Shown piece after piece: positions 28,560 through 34,320 of a DNA stretch of 34,320 nucleotides. Made by a program: the position numbers and the translations under genes. The stretch's first letter is position 1. Each line of letters opens with the position of its first letter. The stretch is from a virus. Taxonomy: Duplodnaviria > Caudoviricetes. Location of the stretch: positions 1 through 34,320 of IMG/VR virus record IMGVR_UViG_3300017912_003643, one strand, 5' to 3'. The notes under the pieces were generated by a model. That model made no database searches. It saw nothing but the letters and a program-made list of their open reading frames with translations, and was not told where the DNA came from.

Positions 28560-30632
28560 TTAGTATGAAGATGAACCGGAAGTAGATCCTGTAGTTGTAG
28601 TGGTTGTAGTGGTTGTAGTAGGTGTAGTAGCACCTGTAACACCAGCAGTAGATACAGTTGATCCACCATTAGGTGTTGTGCTTGTTGATGATGTAGTAGA
28701 GGGACCTCCAGAACGAACTAAGATCTCATTAGGATAACTAGAAGACACTACGTAGTTAGATGCTGATGGATCTAACCCAGATGCAATTTCATCAACAACT
28801 GTTTCAAAATTACTACTACTAATATCTAGTTGCAAATATAAGTCCTGTAATCCGATAACATCATTAGAATGTGGTGTTGCTTCAATTTCGATTATTTGAG
28901 TGCCGTCCTTTTCTTGTGCTGCCAGTATGTTTACTGGATTCAATGTAATAACACCCGTTGTATATGTAATAGTTCCAACATTTCTTCTTATAATAGTTGG
29001 AGATTGAGAACCAATAGAAGGTAAAGTGAATAAAAAGATTGATCCAGTTACTCTATTTGTATCTGGGATATCAGACATGTATACATTTTCAGTAATACCA
29101 GCAATTCTAAATGCACTTGATTTAATATTATATCCATCCATACTATTAATATGGAATTCATTACCAAAACCAATAGAGTACTCTGCAAATTGATTGAGAA
29201 GAACTCTCAAATCCCTTCTCATTCTAACTGTAGTAATATTAGATGTGACAGCCTCATGACTATCATCAATAATGTTTAAAAATTTACTATACTTAAATCT
29301 TGCACCATATCTATTCATATCAGAAGACTCTGCATACCTTAATGCATTATTCTGAACGATAGAGGAAACCGCAGTTGGTGAAGGAGCAAGATTAGAGTTA
29401 TAATAAATTTTAGTATCAATTTCTAAGAACAAATATTTCAAATCAAGGATTTCTGGGACAATTCCAGCAACAGCATACTTTTTAAGTTTTAATTTAATAT
29501 TCTCTTTGATTAAGTTTGGAAGAAAATCACCAAATCTTGGTTTTATGCTGATAAAAACCTTGCCATACTGTGGAGGAACTAACTCTTCACCACCGAAAAC
29601 TGAAATAGACTCAGTTTCAGGATAGATTTTTGCTGGAATTAGTGTTTCATAGTCATTTGCAGTCAATGCGCGGTTTTGTGATGCATAAATTCTTGGTGCA
29701 TATTTCTTAATTGACTCAACACCCTCAATAGATTCCCCACCAGATGCTGCAAGACCAGTCACAACACCAGAAATGCCAGAGGTTATTACATATTCCTGAG
29801 CATTGCGGTTGTAAATCATTTTGCCCGCATATCTAAATCTACCAACCCCATTTGCGGCATCACCACTAGATGTGATATAATCGACTGTAATAAAATTATT
29901 GTCTTCTAACTTATTTCCAAAAATTCCATCACCAAAAATCAATTCATATCTTTCATCGTCTGATTCTTGAAGATAGTAAACTTTTGAATCAGACTTTACA
30001 TCAAATAAACTATCTTGAACCGAATATTTTACACTTCTAGAAGATTGTTCATTTGGTTTGACAGTTACCGTCATTAAATCGGTGTCAATGCCGACGTTAT
30101 CTAAAAGAAACTTTTGATTTGGATTTCTTGAATCAACTGTAAAATTAGTAGTTAAGAGAGTTCCCTCATATACTGCTATATTATTGAAATTTGCTACGTT
30201 ATTGAAAACTGGAACTGTAATATCTTCTAAAATTGAAAATACGTAAGATTGATTTCCAAATGATCCAGAGGATGTTGCGACAATTCCCTTTTTAAGAGTA
30301 ACTGTGGATGGTGTAGGAGTTATATTTGTGGTACTGACGAAAAAACTTATTGTGCCTCTTGCAGCAGTTCTAGATCTTGGCAGATATCCAATATTTCTTG
30401 CGAGAGAAACGACATTTTCTCTTAATGTTGCACTATCAATGAAAACCTCATTTGCAACCATGTTTGCATTGTATGAGGTAATATAGGTATTGTATGCCAA
30501 TACATTCAAAATTGCTGAAAGGTTAGACCCTTCAAAATCATAGTCAGTAAAATTAGAATTTTCCTTTAGATATTCTCTAAGGGTTGTTTTTACCTGTTCA
30601 AAATCCAGGTTTGTGAAATTAGATAATGGCAT
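28560..30632 (-). CDS. gp6: Baseplate wedge subunit
   Basis: LDFEQVKTTL...FTDYDFEGSNLS..LNVLAYNTY...ANEVFIDSATLRENVVSLARNIGYLPRS; ELIFGDGIFG; QNRALTANDY; YGKVFISIKP. Confidence 0.95.
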   Translation of the reverse strand: MPLSNFTNLDFEQVKTTLREYLKENSNFTDYDFEGSNLSAILNVLAYNTYITSYNANMVANEVFIDSATLRENVVSLARNIGYLPRSRTAARGTISFFVSTTNITPTPSTVTLKKGIVATSSGSFGNQSYVFSILEDITVPVFNNVANFNNIAVYEGTLLTTNFTVDSRNPNQKFLLDNVGIDTDLMTVTVKPNEQSSRSVKYSVQDSLFDVKSDSKVYYLQESDDERYELIFGDGIFGNKLEDNNFITVDYITSSGDAANGVGRFRYAGKMIYNRNAQEYVITSGISGVVTGLAASGGESIEGVESIKKYAPRIYASQNRALTANDYETLIPAKIYPETESISVFGGEELVPPQYGKVFISIKPRFGDFLPNLIKENIKLKLKKYAVAGIVPEILDLKYLFLEIDTKIYYNSNLAPSPTAVSSIVQNNALRYAESSDMNRYGARFKYSKFLNIIDDSHEAVTSNITTVRMRRDLRVLLNQFAEYSIGFGNEFHINSMDGYNIKSSAFRIAGITENVYMSDIPDTNRVTGSIFLFTLPSIGSQSPTIIRRNVGTITYTTGVITLNPVNILAAQEKDGTQIIEIEATPHSNDVIGLQDLYLQLDISSSNFETVVDEIASGLDPSASNYVVSSSYPNEILVRSGGPSTTSSTSTTPNGGSTVSTAGVTGATTPTTTTTTTTTTGSTSGSSSY
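28563..28710 (-). repeat. Low-complexity Thr/Ser/Gly coding tract at the gp6 C-terminus
   Basis: Encodes GGPSTTSSTSTTPNGGSTVSTAGVTGATTPTTTTTTTTTTGSTSGSSSY; tandem 9-mer gttgtagtg units near 28594-28620. Confidence 0.8.
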
Positions 30633-30634
30633 TT

Positions 30635-31036
30635 TTACCTAGTTGGTTGCAGCACGAATTGTAATTCTTGTGGGGGAATATTTGCACCAATAATTCGATA
30701 TATGATTGTTGTGTTAAATTCATTATTATCGAAATCTGGAGAAACTCTAACATCAACCAATTCAACTCTTGGTTCATAGTTTAGAATCGATTGAGTTATT
30801 TCATCTCTAATATCAGATGCTGAAATAGCATCTACATTTTCAAATAAAACTCTAGAAACGTTAGATCCAAAATTATTATCAAAAAATCGTTCCCCTGGCA
30901 CAGTAAACACAATGTTTCTAATAGAACGGGCAATTGCAGTTTCATTTTTTAGCGCAATCAAGTCATCATTCAAGGGATTTCTCTTGAATGTCATGCTGAG
31001 ATCTTTAAATCCCTGACTAACCCGTTCTAAAGGCAC
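30635..31036 (-). CDS. gp25: Baseplate wedge subunit / sheath initiator
   Basis: FKDLSMTF..NP..DL...AIARSIRNIVFTVPGERFF...FGSNV...YEPRV motif of the gp25/GPW family; GTG start; directly upstream of gp6. Confidence 0.93.
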   Translation of the reverse strand: MPLERVSQGFKDLSMTFKRNPLNDDLIALKNETAIARSIRNIVFTVPGERFFDNNFGSNVSRVLFENVDAISASDIRDEITQSILNYEPRVELVDVRVSPDFDNNEFNTTIIYRIIGANIPPQELQFVLQPTR

Positions 31037-31057
31037 ACGAATACGGCGATTATACCT

Positions 31058-31064
31058 TATTTAT
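31058..31064 (-). promoter_or_regulatory. T4-like late promoter (ATAAATA)
   Basis: TAATAAATAAGG about 22 nt upstream of the gp25 start. Confidence 0.7.
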
Positions 31065-31083
31065 TAAGGCAATTTGGAATTAT

Positions 31084-31245
31084 CTACTCATAAAGAGGTT
31101 CTGGATTCGTTTCATTTTCAAAAAATTCACTTTCTTCAACCGAATCCCGTTTTTTGGGTGTCAAATCGTCATTTGCGATCTCACGAAGCATTTTTTGGTG
31201 CTGATGATTGCCCAAATTGTCTAAAAAATCGTGTTCAGTGCTCAT
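31084..31245 (-). CDS. Small acidic hypothetical protein (53 aa)
   Basis: Not in the ORF track. MSTEHDFLDNLGNHQHQKMLREIANDDLTPKKRDSVEESEFFENETNPEPLYE*; the start overlaps the upstream stop as ATGA and the ORF fills the gap before the gp25 promoter. Confidence 0.8.
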   Translation of the reverse strand: MSTEHDFLDNLGNHQHQKMLREIANDDLTPKKRDSVEESEFFENETNPEPLYE

Positions 31246-31916
31246 TTTTCGTCCTCTTTAGGTAAATTTTCTCTTTCTTTAGCAGTTTTCCAGAAATATT
31301 CGTCCTCACGACCCATTCCAAGACGTTCAAAACCATTTTCAACCTGATAATATTGCGTTGAAACCTTAAAATCGGGCATTTTTGGTTCAACAGGAGTCAA
31401 ACTATTGTCATAGATACGCATTCTATTATTAGGATACAGTGCATACTGCCCATTTTCAAGTTCAATTAGGTTATGTGACTTATGTTCAGCAGGATTTTCA
31501 CTCGTAGCATAGTCAACCACCTCAGGATCCTGATGATAATTATCTATTGTGCAGATGTAGGTGCCTTTTTGAATACCAAAGTCCCTGGTATACAGTTCAT
31601 AGTCCATACTACCAATAAATTGCTTGGTAACTGCTACAACACCATAATCCATGCAGTTCCAGAACTGTAGGTTAGGAAGGTCCATATCGGGTGTAGGTGC
31701 CTCCGGAGCAGACACAAACGCACTAATAGGTAGTTTATCATACATTGCCGCATATTCGGGCAAATACGTCTCAAAATAAAAAGTGCGCCCAGGTATCGAT
31801 TTACACGATACCCAGACGCCTTTAACATATTCACCATGACCAGATTGATGGTCAGTGAGATATTCTTTTCTTACCCATACCTCTACCGAGGGAAGGTTGC
31901 AAATAAGAGCAGCCAT
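31242..31916 (-). CDS. Hypothetical protein (224 aa)
   Basis: Long ORF on the coding strand, preceded by GTAAATA; aromatic-rich with DHQSGHGE, QFWNC and EHKSH motifs; function not recognised. Confidence 0.85.
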   Translation of the reverse strand: MAALICNLPSVEVWVRKEYLTDHQSGHGEYVKGVWVSCKSIPGRTFYFETYLPEYAAMYDKLPISAFVSAPEAPTPDMDLPNLQFWNCMDYGVVAVTKQFIGSMDYELYTRDFGIQKGTYICTIDNYHQDPEVVDYATSENPAEHKSHNLIELENGQYALYPNNRMRIYDNSLTPVEPKMPDFKVSTQYYQVENGFERLGMGREDEYFWKTAKERENLPKEDEK

Positions 31917-31936
31917 TGTGTATTAATGTAACTGTC

Positions 31937-32071
31937 TTATTTACCCTGCCCACGATACTTTTTTTTTGCTCTGTTACGAGACGTTGCCGAGTAGAGGGTA
32001 TTTTTTCCAGACCCTTGACGAGTTTTCTTCGGTTTACCGGGGATATAACTTCCCCCTTTCATCATTGCCAT
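31937..32071 (-). CDS. Small very basic protein (44 aa) ending KKYRGQGK
   Basis: Not in the ORF track. MAMMKGGSYIPGKPKKTRQGSGKNTLYSATSRNRAKKKYRGQGK*; Shine-Dalgarno AGGAGA at 32081-32086. Confidence 0.85.
   Translation of the reverse strand: MAMMKGGSYIPGKPKKTRQGSGKNTLYSATSRNRAKKKYRGQGK
31938..31944 (-). promoter_or_regulatory. Possible late promoter (GTAAATA)
   Basis: GGTAAATAA overlaps the final Gly-Lys-stop of the 44-aa gene, about 22 nt upstream of the next ATG. Confidence 0.5.
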
Positions 32072-32089
32072 TGTAAATTATCTCCTGTA

Positions 32090-32860
32090 TCAAATAACCC
32101 GAGTCTTTTCGTGACCAACACGAATCCGAGGATCGCACCAGATCTCAAAACCTTCTTCCTTAGCATCAAGACAGAATGAGACATCCTCACCACACATGTC
32201 CTGTACATTTCCACTCTCAAAGACTTGCATCTTAGGAGCAAACCAAGGATATTCCAGATTCTCAAAGACACCGTGCTTGATCAATACCCATCCAAAACCA
32301 GTGTAGTCAACAGTAAATGGTTTCTTACGTTTGGAAATGGATTCGACAGTTTCGTGATTCATCACTCCACCATTCTTACGGAAATCATCCTCTTCCAACC
32401 AGTGTGCGACAGAAGTTGTGTGTCCATCTTCAGTGGCATACCAACCAGCAGTGATTTCACGTTCTGTGCCATCTTCCGAAATCGCAAGGTCACACAGTTG
32501 CCAGAACTTATTGGTATCAAATACGATGTCTGAGTCAATCCACAGTTGATAGTCATACTTCAGTTTACCATCCCAAGGAATTTGGTTAGGTCCACGAAGT
32601 ACATTTGCACCCAAACACTTACAACGTGCAAAGTTAACCATAGAAGAGTAATCTTGACTGATCTGAATACTCATTCCATTCTGTACCATATCAAAGCACA
32701 GTTGTACAAAGTTCTTCAAGAAGATAAAAGAACATCCACGACCAGGAAGACAAAATACAATTGTCTTACCTTTCATCCTTTCTTTAATTGCTGCAATGTT
32801 CCACTCTTCTTTCTTCTTCTTAGTGGGGGCATTTGCCTTAATAGTAAATCCTTTTGCCAT
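32090..32860 (-). CDS. Putative GT-A fold (family 2-like) glycosyltransferase
   Basis: IVFCLPGR start, VNFARCK, YDYQLWIDSDIVF (DxD), YTGFGWVLIK, GEDVSFC (catalytic ED) and VGHEK (metal-binding His) in GT-A order. Confidence 0.8.
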   Translation of the reverse strand: MAKGFTIKANAPTKKKKEEWNIAAIKERMKGKTIVFCLPGRGCSFIFLKNFVQLCFDMVQNGMSIQISQDYSSMVNFARCKCLGANVLRGPNQIPWDGKLKYDYQLWIDSDIVFDTNKFWQLCDLAISEDGTEREITAGWYATEDGHTTSVAHWLEEDDFRKNGGVMNHETVESISKRKKPFTVDYTGFGWVLIKHGVFENLEYPWFAPKMQVFESGNVQDMCGEDVSFCLDAKEEGFEIWCDPRIRVGHEKTRVI

Positions 32861-32883
32861 TAGTTTGAAATCACTACAATGTC

Positions 32884-32912
32884 AGTTTAACAGTATATGT
32901 ATGCTATGTCAA
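32884..32912 (-). promoter_or_regulatory. Sigma70-type promoter for the glycosyltransferase gene
   Basis: TTGACA (32907-32912), 17-nt spacer ending TGT, TAAACT (32884-32889). Confidence 0.7.
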
Positions 32913-33124
32913 TATGAATCTTCACCAATGGGTTCTGTCGTATTATCCGAACGTACTCCAAGGGTGCGATAACATTCCTCATATGATAAATCCTCAAGTT
33001 TATAATCAGTCTTCATTAGACCAACCATTCCCTTGAGGGTTTCCCATGTATTATTAAATTGTTCCTCAGATAAGTTGTTATATAAACACTCTTCTCTTGC
33101 ATAAATGTGATAAACCTTTTCCAT
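32909..33124 (-). CDS. Hypothetical protein (71 aa)
   Basis: ORF with Shine-Dalgarno GGAGG at 33135-33139; acidic; co-oriented with neighbours. Confidence 0.8.
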   Translation of the reverse strand: MEKVYHIYAREECLYNNLSEEQFNNTWETLKGMVGLMKTDYKLEDLSYEECYRTLGVRSDNTTEPIGEDSY

Positions 33125-33309
33125 CGGTTTTTTACCTCCGGTAATTTTTTTTCTAAAATGAATTCGACTTTCGCATTATATATCGAGGTCGATCTGTCAC
33201 CTCTGTAGGTTAGGGTAGTTAGGGTTTTTTATATACGGGGGGCATCGCGGCACCGCACGATATAACCCAACCGCATAAACACTGTCGAATTGCTGATACT
33301 CTCCCCCCT

Positions 33310-33338
33310 ATTATAACACTGCTAAAACTGACTGTCAA
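33310..33338 (-). promoter_or_regulatory. Consensus sigma70-type (early) promoter
   Basis: TTGACA (33333-33338), 17-nt spacer ending TGT, TATAAT (33310-33315): perfect -35/-10 plus extended -10. Confidence 0.9.
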
Positions 33339-33348
33339 CCCCTCCTAA

Positions 33349-33525
33349 TCACCAACGGACAGGTACACTCAGGTCTTCTACGTAGCTATCAATTACCCTC
33401 TCAGATCCTTCCAGTTCAAAGAGATCTTCCCAATGAATCTGATGCGGGTCGAAGTCTTCCAGAACCTCTAAATCCAGGGTGATTCTGTAACGTTGCTTCT
33501 GTGCCTGACTGATAGCGACTGACAT
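33349..33525 (-). CDS. Small acidic hypothetical early protein (58 aa)
   Basis: Not in the ORF track. MSVAISQAQKQRYRITLDLEVLEDFDPHQIHWEDLFELEGSERVIDSYVEDLSVPVRW*; GGAG upstream and its own promoter. Confidence 0.85.
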   Translation of the reverse strand: MSVAISQAQKQRYRITLDLEVLEDFDPHQIHWEDLFELEGSERVIDSYVEDLSVPVRW

Positions 33526-33552
33526 GATTGACTCCGTTGGTGATACTTAAGT

Positions 33553-33581
33553 AGTATAGAATGTCTGAGAGATATTGTCAA
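33553..33581 (-). promoter_or_regulatory. Sigma70-type (early) promoter
   Basis: TTGACA (33576-33581), 17-nt spacer, TATACT (33553-33558). Confidence 0.85.
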
Positions 33582-33593
33582 TCTTCCAATCAG

Positions 33594-33601
33594 TATTTAT
33601 A
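33594..33601 (-). promoter_or_regulatory. Canonical T4 late promoter TATAAATA
   Basis: Exact TATAAATA on the minus strand, just upstream of the sigma70 promoter of the 58-aa gene. Confidence 0.55.
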
Positions 33602-33656
33602 AGAGAGACTGATAATTTTGCGTTGTCAATCCCTGGCAAAACTTATATCGGGGTGC

Positions 33657-33685
33657 TTGACATTTCTGCGAGGTGCTGTTAGACT
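33657..33685 (+). promoter_or_regulatory. Sigma70-type promoter on the opposite (plus) strand
   Basis: TTGACA (33657-33662), 17-nt spacer ending TGT, TAGACT (33680-33685). Confidence 0.7.
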
Positions 33686-33878
33686 GCTGCCCAAGATCAC
33701 TACTCCTAGACACATTTAATTGAGAATAAAATGACCGATAAAGTAACTGCAAAGACACCCCAGATACACCCCTGAGTAACTATATCTCATCAATTCTCAA
33801 CAACGATATAAACAACGCAAATACATTAAAAAAACCTTTTTTAATACAAAAAAAGCATAATCTTTATGTATATGACAC

Positions 33879-33906
33879 AAAAAAGGGGGAAAATGTGTCC
33901 CCCCTT
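33879..33906 (-). terminator. Rho-independent terminator
   Basis: Minus strand AAGGGGGGA-CACATTT-TCCCCC-TTTTTT, starting about 23 nt after the stop of the 47-aa gene. Confidence 0.85.
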
Positions 33907-33928
33907 AGTGTCACTCTCAGGTCACAGA

Positions 33929-34072
33929 TCAGGCACTAATTGATGCAAAATACTCTGCACAATCGTTGATATTTTCTTGCTCAATATCAGCAACGATAAC
34001 ATCGAGAATCTGAAGAATCTCATTGCCGTTGTTACCAACTTTGAGCATACCAAGTGCAGTTGAACGGGTCAT
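33929..34072 (-). CDS. Small hypothetical early protein (47 aa)
   Basis: Not in the ORF track. MTRSTALGMLKVGNNGNEILQILDVIVADIEQENINDCAEYFASISA*; followed by a terminator; pyrimidine-rich leader with no Shine-Dalgarno. Confidence 0.75.
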   Translation of the reverse strand: MTRSTALGMLKVGNNGNEILQILDVIVADIEQENINDCAEYFASISA

Positions 34073-34110
34073 GATTAGAAAAAGAAAGTGTTAGTTTGGT
34101 TGGTTCAATG

Positions 34111-34156
34111 CTGGGTCTTACGCTGTGAATCAGTCTCCCAATCCTGTGCAGCCCAG
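34111..34156 (-). ncRNA. Candidate structured intergenic RNA element
   Basis: CUGG-GCUG-CACA-GGAUUGG-GAGA-CUGAUUC-A-CAGC-GUAAGAC-CCAG: three nested stems with G-U pairs and a GNRA tetraloop. Confidence 0.5.
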
Positions 34157-34182
34157 AGTGTTAATTAAGGGTGAGAATCACA

Positions 34183-34320
34183 TCAGGCAAAGATGTAACC
34201 GTTGGAGAAAGTTTCGGTAACGAACTTAGATTGTCCGTTAATTGCACCTACAAACTTTCTCACATACCATGCAAAATCTTTCTGGAATACACCTTCACCA
34301 GCAATACAAAATTCCTGACA
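34183..34320 (-). CDS. Hypothetical early protein, 5'-truncated by the window edge
   Basis: Not in the ORF track. Open frame from the window edge: CQEFCIAGEGVFQKDFAWYVRKFVGAINGQSKFVTETFSNGYIFA*. Confidence 0.75.
   Translation of the reverse strand, partial: CQEFCIAGEGVFQKDFAWYVRKFVGAINGQSKFVTETFSNGYIFA

Noticed and set aside
188-32863. Numerous plus-strand ORFs of 60-189 aa and short alternative-frame minus-strand ORFs in the track
   Set aside because: They lie within or opposite well-supported minus-strand genes, lack recognisable motifs and are expected antisense shadows of biased codon usage.
33209-33226. Two TTAGGG units resembling telomeric repeats
   Set aside because: Only two copies in a phage intergenic region; not a telomere or a convincing G-quadruplex. 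Kept only as part of the non-coding element.
33229-33276. 15-codon minus-strand ORF (MRLGYIVRCRDAPRI) in the promoter leader
   Set aside because: No ribosome-binding site and atypical composition; cannot be supported as a leader peptide.
33624-33629. Additional minus-strand TTGACA
   Set aside because: No -10 hexamer at 16-18 nt spacing.
34111-34156. Hammerhead ribozyme or glutamine riboswitch identity for the structured element
   Set aside because: It lacks the CUGANGA/GAAA core and the conserved glnA/Downstream-peptide motifs, so it is left unclassified.
1-34320. CRISPR arrays, tRNAs, introns, inteins, homing endonucleases, stop-codon recoding or diversity-generating retroelements
   Set aside because: No repeat-spacer array, cloverleaf, splicing or endonuclease motif, or reverse transcriptase was seen. 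Long genes are uninterrupted and TAA, TAG and TGA all act as stops.

Overview
The window is a segment of a T4-like cyanomyovirus genome (Kyanoviridae-type, probably infecting marine Synechococcus or Prochlorococcus). Almost all coding is on the minus strand. In transcription order (right to left) it holds: the end of an early region with small ORFs, four sigma70-type promoters, a terminator and candidate structured non-coding elements (about 32.9-34.3 kb); a GT-A-fold glycosyltransferase and several small hypothetical genes; then the late virion cluster gp25, gp6, a giant gp7 (4040 aa), gp8, a VrlC-like 2520-aa structural protein, three small genes (one NblA-like), gp13, gp14, gp15 and gp16; then a coiled-coil/fibre-like protein and a partial Cys/Asn-Gly protein. 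Late genes are preceded by (A/C/G)TAAATA late-promoter motifs, most of which overlap the upstream stop codon. Six ORFs absent from the supplied track were found by manual translation. The leads most worth testing are: a G-hydrophobic-x-T/S motif spread through most of the virion proteins next to a glycosyltransferase (possible virion glycosylation system), an NblA-like gene inside the late operon, a ~180-nt non-coding element behind a perfect consensus promoter, an antisense promoter with no gene, and a GNRA-capped structured intergenic RNA. All identifications come from motif recognition and gene order; no database search was run.
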